This document shows, piece after piece, positions 50,886-60,823 of a DNA stretch of 64,000 bases. Each line of letters opens with the position of its first letter. The stretch's first letter is position 1. The stretch lies in the IMG/VR virus record IMGVR_UViG_3300023267_000001, positions 12,043 to 76,042 of that record; one strand, given 5' to 3'. Source of the stretch: a virus (lineage: Duplodnaviria; Caudoviricetes). Made by a program: the position numbers and the translations under genes. A model generated the notes under the pieces. The model was given only the letters and a program-made list of their open reading frames with translations, made no database searches and had not been told where the DNA came from.

Positions 50886-53278
50886 TGTGGCAACGGTTGT
50901 GCAGGGGGCTGTGCAACGGGCTGAACCGGCTGTGGCATCGCGCCCTTGAGCATGGTTTCAATCTGAACCACAAGCTGACCAAGCTGCTGAATTTGCTGCT
51001 CTTGCTTCACAAGTTCGGCGGCGACCGGCTTGGCGACTTTTTCCTCAACCATCGCCATGATGCCCTTGGTCAATTCTTGAATCATTGGAGCAACCTGACT
51101 CTGGGTGTCTGGCTGTGCTGGAGGCGCGACCTGCGGTGCTGGCTGGGCCGCCGGAGCCTCTTGTTGCGGCATTGGCTGTCCGGTGTCGGGGTGAACCTCG
51201 CCATCGCCTGCGGGCTTCTGTAGCTCCGTGCCAAGTTTGAAATCCCTGTCGGCTCCGCCAATCTTTGCCGCCTGCTCGATAAGCTTGATGATTTTGTCGG
51301 CTCCAATGCGGGCAGACAACTCTGGATGCGAGGAGATGACGCCAATCGCGGTGAACATCATCTGCGCGGTCTGCTGGTCGGTGTCCGGCTCGTCGTCGCC
51401 ACCAATGCGCGCGAAGTCCTGCAAGTCAATCTTGCCCTTGTCGCCCTTGATTTGAATCTTGCCGCCTGACTTGCCGGAAATCTCGAATCCTAATTCTTTC
51501 AAGACTTTTTCGACATCGGGGATGTCCTCGGAAACTTCGGCCTCAAAACCGGCGTCCATGTAGGCAAGCGCGGCGGTGAAAATCTGAATCTTCCAAGCGT
51601 CGGTTCCGGCGTCAATGGAGGAGCCGATGTAGTTCAACTGCTGGTCGGAATACTGGCTGACTGTCTTGATTTCTTCCGCCGACTGATAATGCTTGGCAGT
51701 CGCCCCGACTTCCTGCGCGGTGAATTGCAACACGCGCTCCATCAGGTCAAGCACGGTGCCCATCATCTGCATCATGTCTTGAATCGTGCGGTAGGTAAGC
51801 TGGACGGGCACGAAGGCGTCCTTCATGTTCAATCCGGCACGGCTCGACTTCTGGGAGTCAAACGGCAGCAGGTTCATGCTGCGGTAGCGATTTTCGCCAA
51901 GATTTAGTAGGGCATCTACGTCCGTCTTGTTGACGATGTTGGTGTCGTAGAAAATGAAGTTTGCGAGATTCTGCTTTGCAGTCAGCATCATCTGGCTCAC
52001 GATGTTTCCGAGGTGGTCTTGCCACGGAATCGTCTCCAACCCAAGGCTGGTCTGGCGCGCACTCAAGGCGTTGTAATCATAGCCCATGAACCAGAGCGGA
52101 TTGTAAACGCAAGGCTCGGCCCAGATAACCGTTGAATCACCCGCCATGTAGAATCGGTGCCACACCGGATAGTTGTAGGTTTTAACCAACTTTCCATCGA
52201 CGTATTTTCCCAAGTCCCAGTCGCGCGGGATGATTTTCATATACATCACCGTTAGGAACACAGCCTTGTCGCGCTCGGCTGAACTGTAAAAAGCCGCTTT
52301 TTCATCCGCTGAACCTTCGGGGGAGATGGTCGGGAATTGCAACCGGCAGGGATAGAACTCGCTGAAATAGTTTCCAGCCAGAGGATTGTTGAACCAGTTG
52401 GTTCCATAGGCAATCGTGGTGCGGTTCCAATACTCGCGGTTATCCAGAATACGGCTGTATGGAATCGCTTCCCAGAACGCGGCGAACTCACACCCGCTGT
52501 CGGTGTTCATCGTGGTCATCGGATTATACAAATCTGCGAATGACCGGCTGGGGTGCGGAAACTTGTAGCGCAAACCCTCCTTGACCGTGACCTTCTTAAA
52601 CTTTGGGTCTTGCTTGGTGGAATCATCAGCCTCCTCAAGCTGCTCCTGACAATCCCATTCTTCCATCGGGAACGAAATCATGGTGCCGTATTTCACCACC
52701 TGCTTGATGGCTTGGTCGAGATAGGCGGCGTAACCGTAGTTCGTTGAAATCCGGTTGATGATGTCGGTGATAACTTCCGTCAATACACGGTTTCGCGCTG
52801 TTTTTTTCAACGGTTTGTATTGAAGCAGGGGCGACGTGTTGCGCTGGTTGAACAGGGAGGCGGTGCGCGCGCGGCAATAGGAGCGGACGATTGGAATCAG
52901 GAATTTGAAGAATACTGGAGGGTTAACCATCTTTACCAATTCACCAGTCTTGTTCCTGACATCGAGAAAAAGGTCGCTTTCCTTGAGTCCCAACTTGCCC
53001 AATTCCGCCAGCATGTCCTCCGGCTTTTCATATTTCTTGTCGAGCAAGTGCCGGACGAAGGTGGCGGTGTTCTGCTCAAACACCACGTCGTCTGCAAGGT
53101 CGATGGCGGCAAAGGTGCGCCACTCGGAAAGATTACGAAAGTAGCCGTCTTTAATCCGGCTTGAAATCAGGTCAATGAGTTTTTGAACGCGCTTCGGCTT
53201 TTCCTTGAGGGTGAAAATCTTTCGATAGTCACCGCTGGAAATCCCGTGCTCTTTCAGGACTTTGGGGCTGCAACTCAT
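50882..53278 (-). CDS. putative portal protein (podovirus type)
   Basis: 798 aa, PWQDHLGNIVSQMM-type region, C-terminal helical and Q/P-rich tail; head-module position. Confidence 0.75.
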   Translation of the reverse strand: MSCSPKVLKEHGISSGDYRKIFTLKEKPKRVQKLIDLISSRIKDGYFRNLSEWRTFAAIDLADDVVFEQNTATFVRHLLDKKYEKPEDMLAELGKLGLKESDLFLDVRNKTGELVKMVNPPVFFKFLIPIVRSYCRARTASLFNQRNTSPLLQYKPLKKTARNRVLTEVITDIINRISTNYGYAAYLDQAIKQVVKYGTMISFPMEEWDCQEQLEEADDSTKQDPKFKKVTVKEGLRYKFPHPSRSFADLYNPMTTMNTDSGCEFAAFWEAIPYSRILDNREYWNRTTIAYGTNWFNNPLAGNYFSEFYPCRLQFPTISPEGSADEKAAFYSSAERDKAVFLTVMYMKIIPRDWDLGKYVDGKLVKTYNYPVWHRFYMAGDSTVIWAEPCVYNPLWFMGYDYNALSARQTSLGLETIPWQDHLGNIVSQMMLTAKQNLANFIFYDTNIVNKTDVDALLNLGENRYRSMNLLPFDSQKSSRAGLNMKDAFVPVQLTYRTIQDMMQMMGTVLDLMERVLQFTAQEVGATAKHYQSAEEIKTVSQYSDQQLNYIGSSIDAGTDAWKIQIFTAALAYMDAGFEAEVSEDIPDVEKVLKELGFEISGKSGGKIQIKGDKGKIDLQDFARIGGDDEPDTDQQTAQMMFTAIGVISSHPELSARIGADKIIKLIEQAAKIGGADRDFKLGTELQKPAGDGEVHPDTGQPMPQQEAPAAQPAPQVAPPAQPDTQSQVAPMIQELTKGIMAMVEEKVAKPVAAELVKQEQQIQQLGQLVVQIETMLKGAMPQPVQPVAQPPAQPLPQ

Positions 53279-53282
53279 CGAA

Positions 53283-53639
53283 TTATTCTTCCATCAGACG
53301 GTCAATGGCGGGATTGGACTTTTTCTTGCGCGGCATTTCTTCCTCGGAATCATCTTCCATGTCGTCTGAATCGTCGTCAGGCTCCTCACCGGCAGACGGT
53401 TTTGCCGATGTCACCTTTTCAACCTCAAACTCGCCAGCGGAAATCTGAGTTGCTTCCACGGTGATGGTGTATTTTTCGCCATCTTCCCATGCGTCCACCT
53501 TGTCCGACCACTTCTCATCCGATGGGTCGAGCGACAACCGGTTTTCAACGGAACCGGGTTCGCGGCCACCACCACCGCCACTATTGGCGGTGTTCTCGAC
53601 GGAGCCGGGATAGAGGAGCTTGCGGTTTAATGTCATCAT
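53283..53639 (-). CDS. acidic hypothetical protein
   Basis: D/E-rich tail; first gene of the head operon. Confidence 0.65.
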   Translation of the reverse strand: MMTLNRKLLYPGSVENTANSGGGGGREPGSVENRLSLDPSDEKWSDKVDAWEDGEKYTITVEATQISAGEFEVEKVTSAKPSAGEEPDDDSDDMEDDSEEEMPRKKKSNPAIDRLMEE

Positions 53640-53713
53640 AAAAAGTGTTTTTGAATTGAATTAACTTCGTTTCGACTGTAACACTTGATTTGCAAGAACG
53701 TCAACTGCGATTT

Positions 53714-55219
53714 ATGGCAAGCTCTGAATACCTACTGAAACCACTAAACCCAAAGGGCATGTCATTGCTGGCACTGTGCAAGACAAAAAGGCTGGTGCTG
53801 GCGACAGGAACTCGGTTGAGCGGCAAGACTCTCGCCTGCCTCCACGCCGTCTGCGACCATGCTTGGAACACCAAACTTGGCAACATTGTGTTGATAACAA
53901 TCAGTCAGAGCGCAGGCATCAACAGCGGTGTCTGGGAACAGTTGACGACGATGGTAATTCCTGCCTTTGGATTGAAGTTTAAGAGAGAACCGTTCAATCA
54001 AGGCGCGTCCAAGAAACCCTGCTGTGAGGTTTTTAACAAGCACGGCGGCTCGACCAAAATCTTGCTCGAATCTCTCAAAGATGAAAACGAGGTTGAGGAG
54101 CGATTCAAGAACAAATCCTACTCCATGATTTTCGTGACTGAGTTGGATATTTTCAAGAATGTTAAAACCTTCCACACATGGGCGTTGACGCTGCGGATGC
54201 CTCACATTGGAATCAATGACCACCTTCTGCTTGCCGACTGCAACCCCGCTGACGAGGGAACCGCACACTGGATTTACAAGATGTTCTACGAGCTTCGCGT
54301 TGACCCTGATTGCAAGCCGGAGCTTCGGGCTTTGCGCGACCAGCTTGGATTGATGGAGTTCTGTCTGGATGACAACACCTACTCGTCCAAGGAGGAAATT
54401 GAAATGGTGAAGTCACAGTATGCCGACTCTGCCGATTTGTATAACCGCTACATCAAGGGCATGTGGGTCACTGCGAGCGAGAATGCTTTATTCCGCGCCG
54501 TGTTCAAGGAGCAGGTTCATATCATTGGAGACATCGCCACGAGAACCAATCCAAGCCCTTCGATTCTTTTACCACAGAATGATTGCGGAAAACTTTTCGG
54601 AGGCTGGGACATGGGCGTGGTCAACAGCGCATTTGCCCTGATTGAAAAAGTAATGCACCCGTTGAATGGCAAGCCGGTTCCACATTTCAATGTCTTGGAT
54701 GAAGTCGTCTGGGTTGGTCAGGACTTTTTCATGTGCGACTTCGTGGAGGCCGTCATGGAGAAAATGAAGTATTGGGAGGATTACATCGGAAAGCCTATTG
54801 AGTGGCAGCACTGGAGCGACCGCAGCGCATTTGATTTCTCTGACAAGTTCTCAAACCGATACGACCACCTTGAGGTGGCGAATGTTTCCGGTGGCAAGAT
54901 TGAACTCATGGCGGCGATGGAGGGCAAGCGCACAAATGAAACCGTGAGACAGCGCATCGACTTGTTCCGCAAGCTGCTATTCCAGAATCGAATTTTCTTT
55001 TCCGCTGATAAAACACCGGCCTCGATTGAGATGTGCAAGTCGCTGCGTCGCGGCAAGGGGCAATACGGGACGGTGCAGAAGGATTCAAAGCACAAGCACA
55101 TATTCGACGCCATCACCTACTGCGTGGCGACGGAATGCGCGGAGGAGATGGAGCGTTCGGCAACCGGCCTGTTCCGACCCAAGCAATCGGAGAGCGGTCT
55201 TATCGCCATTTCATTATGA
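53714..55219 (+). CDS. terL: terminase large subunit
   Basis: Walker A GTRLSGKT, atypical Walker B IFVTE, DCNP, RNase H acidic motifs GWDMG, WSDRS, HIFDAITY. Confidence 0.85.
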   Translation: MASSEYLLKPLNPKGMSLLALCKTKRLVLATGTRLSGKTLACLHAVCDHAWNTKLGNIVLITISQSAGINSGVWEQLTTMVIPAFGLKFKREPFNQGASKKPCCEVFNKHGGSTKILLESLKDENEVEERFKNKSYSMIFVTELDIFKNVKTFHTWALTLRMPHIGINDHLLLADCNPADEGTAHWIYKMFYELRVDPDCKPELRALRDQLGLMEFCLDDNTYSSKEEIEMVKSQYADSADLYNRYIKGMWVTASENALFRAVFKEQVHIIGDIATRTNPSPSILLPQNDCGKLFGGWDMGVVNSAFALIEKVMHPLNGKPVPHFNVLDEVVWVGQDFFMCDFVEAVMEKMKYWEDYIGKPIEWQHWSDRSAFDFSDKFSNRYDHLEVANVSGGKIELMAAMEGKRTNETVRQRIDLFRKLLFQNRIFFSADKTPASIEMCKSLRRGKGQYGTVQKDSKHKHIFDAITYCVATECAEEMERSATGLFRPKQSESGLIAISL

Positions 55220-55575
55220 AAATTATCAAAGGACTGCTGGTTGCATTCTGGTTTTCTGACAAGCGCACCAAAAAGGCTTGGGGACGCATCGCTGGATTCT
55301 TCCGCCAGATGTTTCAATACGTGTTTTTTAAGGATAAGCGCGCGAGCAAGAAATTATTCGAGCAACGCATGTCGGCCTGCCGTGCCTGCCCCGTCTTTTA
55401 CAAGCGGTTGGAAACCTGTGGGTCGCCGCTGGATAAAGAATTAGAGGGTCTTGGTTGTTGGTGTGCATTAAATTTAAAAGCGCGGATTAAAGATTCAACC
55501 TGCTGGATGGATGACAAAATGGGTGACGATTCTAAAAATGGCTGGCGGGAAGCCGCCAAAAGTGGCACTGTCTGA
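55216..55575 (+). CDS. Cys-rich hypothetical protein
   Basis: R..CRACP..C..CWC..K..CW pattern; start at MKIIK. Confidence 0.65.
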   Translation: MKIIKGLLVAFWFSDKRTKKAWGRIAGFFRQMFQYVFFKDKRASKKLFEQRMSACRACPVFYKRLETCGSPLDKELEGLGCWCALNLKARIKDSTCWMDDKMGDDSKNGWREAAKSGTV

Positions 55576-55578
55576 AAT

Positions 55579-56142
55579 ATGCCGAAGCGTTCAAAGAAAG
55601 CACTCATCGTAGATTTAAAGAAGTTCGATTACGTCAACGAGGACGGGAAGCTGGTCAAGATACCGCAGACCGACATAGAAAGGTTCCTGCTCATCGCGGA
55701 ACTGGGGATGAAGAATGGATTCAACAAGAATGGATTCATGGAAAAGATGATGGCGGGCTACTTGATGGATTCTGAAACCACCAGACGCTATCTGGTCACA
55801 TCAGGGCTGAACAACCTGACCAAAGTTCAGGACATCGTGGACGAGATTTTCAACCGCACTGTCAAAGAAAAAAGAACGCTTTGCGAGGAGGAGGTTAAAA
55901 CCATCGAGGTTGTTTCAAAAGTGGCCTCGGCTTTCAATGAAATATCAGAAAGTATTGTGAGGATTTCAGGTGCGCGCAGTCAGGGCAGCGGGAAATATGG
56001 AAAGATTGCGCTGCCACCGGGCGATGATTCCGCTCAGACTCCGAATTTTTACAAGAACGAGACGCATATTCATTTGGGTGAGAAGAAGGAAAAGATTGTT
56101 GAGCAACCGGATGCCCCTGTTGTTGAAGCATCCGGCTCATGA
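55579..56142 (+). CDS. hypothetical protein (terminase small subunit candidate)
   Basis: 187-aa helical protein in the terL operon; positional inference only. Confidence 0.45.
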   Translation: MPKRSKKALIVDLKKFDYVNEDGKLVKIPQTDIERFLLIAELGMKNGFNKNGFMEKMMAGYLMDSETTRRYLVTSGLNNLTKVQDIVDEIFNRTVKEKRTLCEEEVKTIEVVSKVASAFNEISESIVRISGARSQGSGKYGKIALPPGDDSAQTPNFYKNETHIHLGEKKEKIVEQPDAPVVEASGS

Positions 56143-56160
56143 CCTCATTCAATTTCGATA

Positions 56161-56466
56161 TTAAAAACCATCAAACTCACGCAAGTTTTCAAAAATCTCT
56201 CGGTGCATTTTGGTTTTAGTTATGACTGGCAAAGTTTCGCCGTTGTCCTCTGGTTCTCCAGCGGTGTCTTTAGCATCTTGCTCTCGCTCGACATAGCAGG
56301 CGCAACCATCAAGCTCAACTTTCCAAACGTCCATCAGACTGTCGTTGAAATGTTCACAATTTTCGTGGTGCAGTGGAAACAATGGATTTCCATGCGTGTC
56401 TCGATGCTTTGTGTTGATGTCTAAACAGCGCGCCCAAGTCAGGCATTTGCAATTTGATTCACTCAT
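56161..56466 (-). CDS. hypothetical phage protein
   Basis: ATG ORF at the end of the replication operon. Confidence 0.6.
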   Translation of the reverse strand: MSESNCKCLTWARCLDINTKHRDTHGNPLFPLHHENCEHFNDSLMDVWKVELDGCACYVEREQDAKDTAGEPEDNGETLPVITKTKMHREIFENLREFDGF

Positions 56467-56471
56467 AATTT

Positions 56472-56888
56472 TTATTCAATTTCGATATTTCGGGCGGCGG
56501 TTAGGGCGGATTTCGCATCATGGAATTTCTCGCCCCACTTACGAATGTTTTCGATTGCCAATGCTGTTTGAACAAAACCTTCGCTTCGTAGAATTTCAGG
56601 CTTAATAGCCATCGAATCAGCCCAGCAAATGTTCAATGCTTTTTCAGCCTCATCCAACGCAGCCAGCAACTTTGGAAAATGATTTGCGGCGTGAACCAGA
56701 TATTTAATCGCATCCTGATTATCGTCGTCACTGTTCCAGTCGGATAAAATGACGTGGCCCGATGCTGATTCAACATCTGTCCGGTCGTCGTATTCTCCAG
56801 TGTCTCCAAGCGGACACCGGACGTTTTGGTGTTTTAATGGAAGCAACTGCGTTATCTTCCCCATCAGTTCTTCGAGTGTTGGTTTCAT
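56472..56888 (-). CDS. hypothetical phage protein
   Basis: AIKYLVHAANHFPKLLAAL motif common in phage hypotheticals. Confidence 0.65.
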   Translation of the reverse strand: MKPTLEELMGKITQLLPLKHQNVRCPLGDTGEYDDRTDVESASGHVILSDWNSDDDNQDAIKYLVHAANHFPKLLAALDEAEKALNICWADSMAIKPEILRSEGFVQTALAIENIRKWGEKFHDAKSALTAARNIEIE

Positions 56889-57604
56889 GGTTTATTTATT
56901 CTTGTTTTTGATATGTTAAAAAACACTTCATCTTTTTCGATTCCAATAAAATTTCTACCGGTGTTTTTACATGCAACCCCAGTCGTTCCGGCACCCATCG
57001 CATTATCAAGCACAGTGTCGCCATCGTTTGAAAAAGTTTTTACAAGGTATTCCATCAAGGCGACCGGCTTTTGATTTGGGTGAAGAACCACACCCTCGGA
57101 CTCGGCGGTTTTGAAATACACGACATCCGTAGGGTAACGTCCGCCTTCACTCTTTACCAAGACTGGATTAAAGTCATTATAGCTTCCGGTCTGCTGCGCC
57201 TTTCTCACACCCTTTGAGTAAGCCGCTCCGGTTGAAAACTGAGGATTGTATGTGGAGTTTTTTTTATAAAAAACACAGATGTCCTCGTGTTTTCGCAATG
57301 GCTGTTTCTTGGCATTAAGAAAGTTTGTGGCCTTGGACTTTTCCCACACGATTTTATATTTGAACAGAGTTACGTTACTCATAATCAAATGGGCCGTAAA
57401 AATCCCTTGCGATGTAAGGCAGATGACGCCAGATGGTTTTATTATCCTTTTATATTCCACCCAAAGTTTATCCATCGGCATCACGCTGTCCCAAGAATTT
57501 CTCGTGGTTCCGTAAGGGAGGTCGGCAAGAACCATGTCGATTGAATTGGTTTTTATTTCAGCCATTTTATCCAAGCAGTCGCCTAAAATTAGGATGGGTT
57601 TCAT
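56885..57604 (-). CDS. amino (N6-A/N4-C) DNA methyltransferase, beta class
   Basis: GDCL, DMVLADLPYG (motif IV), HPNQKP, VLDNAMGAGTTG (motif I). Confidence 0.9.
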   Translation of the reverse strand: MKPILILGDCLDKMAEIKTNSIDMVLADLPYGTTRNSWDSVMPMDKLWVEYKRIIKPSGVICLTSQGIFTAHLIMSNVTLFKYKIVWEKSKATNFLNAKKQPLRKHEDICVFYKKNSTYNPQFSTGAAYSKGVRKAQQTGSYNDFNPVLVKSEGGRYPTDVVYFKTAESEGVVLHPNQKPVALMEYLVKTFSNDGDTVLDNAMGAGTTGVACKNTGRNFIGIEKDEVFFNISKTRINKP

Positions 57605-57837
57605 AATTTTGAATTTTCTAACGGCCTGAATTGGGCCAGCCACGCATCGCATTGGATTCTGTGATTTCTAATGTTTCTAGATGTTCCAAAAAATCCACAT
57701 GAGCATTTAAATCTTTGGTCGCTGGATTCCGGCTTGAGCGTTGCGGCATCATCGAAAGCGCAACGGGCATCGGTCAATGAAAGCCCAAGGTCGTGCCACG
57801 CGTTCCAGTCAGATATTTGTTTGTCAGTGTGTTTCAT
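57601..57837 (-). CDS. small Zn-finger-like protein
   Basis: start at MKHTD; CSCG..H..C. Confidence 0.5.
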   Translation of the reverse strand: MKHTDKQISDWNAWHDLGLSLTDARCAFDDAATLKPESSDQRFKCSCGFFGTSRNIRNHRIQCDAWLAQFRPLENSKL

Positions 57838-57841
57838 AAAA

Positions 57842-58135
57842 TCAAAACGGCGGGTCTGAGTCGTCCGACTGACTCGCAGGCGCGCTCTTGGGCCGACTTT
57901 CTGGACGCTGGGCGGAACCTTTTTCCCACTTTTTAGCGTTGCCGAGGATTGCGCCTTTAAGACCGGCTTCACGGTCGGCTTTGGGGAGGTCTTGGACGGC
58001 CATAAAATGGTTGCCGTAGGAATCCTCGCCATCACGGTTTTCGAGGAGCGTCACGTCGAGATAGGTGCCGCCTTTGCCTTTGAACAGTTTTGATTTGTCC
58101 ATTTTGTCGAGGTTGAGCTTGAGTTTTATAATCAT
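57842..58135 (-). CDS. single-stranded DNA-binding protein-like
   Basis: OB-like beta strands, ILGNAK, acidic tail ending DDSDPPF; adjacent to DnaB. Confidence 0.65.
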   Translation of the reverse strand: MIIKLKLNLDKMDKSKLFKGKGGTYLDVTLLENRDGEDSYGNHFMAVQDLPKADREAGLKGAILGNAKKWEKGSAQRPESRPKSAPASQSDDSDPPF

Positions 58136-58164
58136 AGTTTTTTATTCTTCAATGTTGTTTGGTT

Positions 58165-59481
58165 TTAGTTGTTTTCCGTATTCGGTATTGGAGGATTTTC
58201 AAACCGGCAGAATTTACCGTTGAAAATTAAATCGACCATCCCAACTTCTCCGTCGCGCTGCTTTGCGATTATGAGCTTTGTCTCCCCTGTGGCATCATCA
58301 CGCTTTCTGTGAATCAATGCCACCATGTCCGCGTCACGCTCAATCTGGCCGCTGTCAGCCAAGTCTGAAAGTTTCGGCGCGCGGCCTTTGTCCTTTTCAG
58401 ATTCACGATTTAACTGCGCTAGAGTCAGGAATGCGGCGTTTGTCTCCACCGCCAATGATTTGAGTTGTCCTGAAACTTCACCGACTTCATAAGTGCGCTT
58501 CTCTTGCTTGGATGATGGTTTTATTTTTTGAAGATAATCAATAACCACAAATCTTGTTCCGTATTTTTTTACATGCGCCCTGACCTGACCTGCGATTTCA
58601 GATATTGTTAATCCTGCGGCTCCGTCAATTATGTGAAGTGGGCACTTTGAAACAAACTCCCTGAATGTTGCGAACTTTGAAAAATCGTATTCACTGTAAG
58701 AGCCTTTTCGTATAACGCCCATAGGCATCGAGTGGTAGCTGGAAAGCAGCCGTCGCATCAATGCCGGAACCGACATCTCAAGTGATATAAAAAGCGATGG
58801 AATTTTTTCGCTCATGGCAACATTTTGAAAAATGTTCAAACCGATTGCGGTCTTTCCCATTGATGGCCTTGCGGCGATTAGCGACTGTTCTCCGAACTGC
58901 AAGCCTTCTGTCATGCTGTTAAATCGCCAGAATCCTGTGTCCAATCCAGCAAGCTTTCCTTTTAGGTCAAACCTTCTCTGTAAGTCGTCCAACATCCTGT
59001 CCGCGCCCTGCAAGGCTGTGATTGATTTATCAATTTCAATCCTACCATGTTGAATCATAGACTCTGATTCAGACAACAACTCTTTAACCGGCCTGCGCTC
59101 CATTGAGCCTTTTGTTATGTGCTGGCAAGCCACAAGAAGCTTGCGGCGAGAATAATCCTCAATCAGTTCGTCGATGTGTGATTCAAGGTTTGCGTAGCTT
59201 GGCGCAAAATCCTCAACCTCATTAAGCCAATCAAGTCCACCGACGCCAGCCAAATTCCCCTGCTCACGAAGCAGGTTTAAAACTGTTATTGTGTCAATCG
59301 GCTCGTTGGCGGCGTATTTCTCCATGAAGCACATCCACAAGACTTGATGCTTTACAGTGTAAAAGTGGTTTTTATTAAGCACATGGGACAATCGAATCAT
59401 TGCATCGACCGGAGATTTCAGAACGCAGGACAAAACCGCCATCTCTGCCTCTGGATTGTTTGGTGGAAGCTGGTCACTCAT
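58165..59481 (-). CDS. dnaB: replicative DNA helicase
   Basis: PNNPEAEMAVL, AARPSMGKT, SLEM, IDYLQ, AQLNR, DSGQIERDAD, KQRDG. Confidence 0.95.
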   Translation of the reverse strand: MSDQLPPNNPEAEMAVLSCVLKSPVDAMIRLSHVLNKNHFYTVKHQVLWMCFMEKYAANEPIDTITVLNLLREQGNLAGVGGLDWLNEVEDFAPSYANLESHIDELIEDYSRRKLLVACQHITKGSMERRPVKELLSESESMIQHGRIEIDKSITALQGADRMLDDLQRRFDLKGKLAGLDTGFWRFNSMTEGLQFGEQSLIAARPSMGKTAIGLNIFQNVAMSEKIPSLFISLEMSVPALMRRLLSSYHSMPMGVIRKGSYSEYDFSKFATFREFVSKCPLHIIDGAAGLTISEIAGQVRAHVKKYGTRFVVIDYLQKIKPSSKQEKRTYEVGEVSGQLKSLAVETNAAFLTLAQLNRESEKDKGRAPKLSDLADSGQIERDADMVALIHRKRDDATGETKLIIAKQRDGEVGMVDLIFNGKFCRFENPPIPNTENN

Positions 59482-60119
59482 AGGGATTCAGAAAGAAGTT
59501 CAGCATCGGTCTTTTTTGCAGGCACCATTTTCACAGCCCCGTTTTTTTGGCTTGGTAGATAGTTTGCGGACTTCCAAGACGCAATAGTGTGAGTCCAGCT
59601 TTTTATTTTGCGACCACCATTCGTCCATCCATTCGCCTCACATTTGTTCCAGAACCAAACCGCGTCTGATTCAGGCACATCGTTTTTTGCGCAATGGGCC
59701 TTAACATCGTCCAGTGTTGGGCGAGGCTTTTCCGTTTCCTTTACCTTGTCTTTATCCTTTTCCTTTTCTTGGTGTCTATGGATACCCTTTGGATACCCAT
59801 TAAGACCATGCTTTTCCAAGCTGGCAAAGACTGGGTTGTGGGCCTTACATTCGGAAGAAAGCTCACCATACTGGAATCCAATGAACTTCGGAATGAAGTA
59901 TTTTCCACACTCTAGTTTTTCAACGCGCTCCCCTAATTCAGATAGGGTATCTATACCCATTGGTAACCCTATCTGGAACTGAGCTAATTCAAAGTCAGGG
60001 TCAATGACTCCGGCGTTGTCGCAGTTATCGGTAAGCCATTGCCAAAGCAGCTTTGCGGGTGGGGACAGTTTTCTATACCAAGGGTCTGCCCATTTTTGCG
60101 TTTCTGTAAATCGCTTCAT
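59478..60119 (-). CDS. phage replication initiator / replisome organiser
   Basis: KRFTETQKW..W..L..NCDNAG N-terminus, PTLDDV..NGW..W C-terminus; upstream of dnaB. Confidence 0.75.
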   Translation of the reverse strand: MKRFTETQKWADPWYRKLSPPAKLLWQWLTDNCDNAGVIDPDFELAQFQIGLPMGIDTLSELGERVEKLECGKYFIPKFIGFQYGELSSECKAHNPVFASLEKHGLNGYPKGIHRHQEKEKDKDKVKETEKPRPTLDDVKAHCAKNDVPESDAVWFWNKCEANGWTNGGRKIKSWTHTIASWKSANYLPSQKNGAVKMVPAKKTDAELLSESL

Positions 60120-60130
60120 TTTTAGGCGGG

Positions 60131-60427
60131 TTAAAGGTTCTCGAAGTCACCCGACCACAAGGCGTCTGATTTTTTAACGATGCCCTTGGCAGATTCAAGC
60201 TCCTGCTTTAGTAATTCATCTGCGTATTTGCTGGCTTCCTCATGTTTTCTGAAAAACGCTATGGGAAGGTATTCATCCTCTCGATTCTCCTCAAATGCTT
60301 CATGGTTTCTTAAAACCATTTCCATCATCGTGTCGATGTGGAACATTTTTTGTTTGAAGCTCCACTCAAGAACCCAGATTTCTTCCGCCCCCATGCTTCG
60401 AGTTTGCCAATATCTTGCGTTATTCAT
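60131..60427 (-). CDS. hypothetical phage protein
   Basis: start at MNNARY, ATGA overlap with the upstream gene. Confidence 0.55.
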   Translation of the reverse strand: MNNARYWQTRSMGAEEIWVLEWSFKQKMFHIDTMMEMVLRNHEAFEENREDEYLPIAFFRKHEEASKYADELLKQELESAKGIVKKSDALWSGDFENL

Positions 60428-60615
60428 AATCCAAGCCCCTTTCCGTCCTTGAATGCGAGCCAGCACAGGTCGTAAACCCGCTTTAATTGCCTTCCATCCA
60501 AGTCCGCTGAAAATGTTGTCAGTCTTGGGATTATTGTGTTGTCCCAGCACGTTTTAAATTCGATTCGTGCTGCGTCCACTTTTTTTGAACGGGCGATTGC
60601 TTCTTCGGTTGTCAT
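60424..60615 (-). CDS. hypothetical phage protein
   Basis: short ORF in the operon. Confidence 0.55.
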   Translation of the reverse strand: MTTEEAIARSKKVDAARIEFKTCWDNTIIPRLTTFSADLDGRQLKRVYDLCWLAFKDGKGLGL

Positions 60616-60823
60616 GGAGTCCTCCAAACACTAATTTCGCCGCCCTGCGCCTGCGTAGAACCGGGAAAATCCAAGCCGCGAGGCGACTTGTGAAACCCAA
60701 TGGCACAGGTGGTGCAAGACGGCGATGTTAATTTTCGGAGCATTATTTCAATTTTCGGAGGTTCTAATTCCGGTTGGCTCTCACCAACGTCTTAACTCTA
60801 CCCAATCCCTTCCGTCCGTCAAT

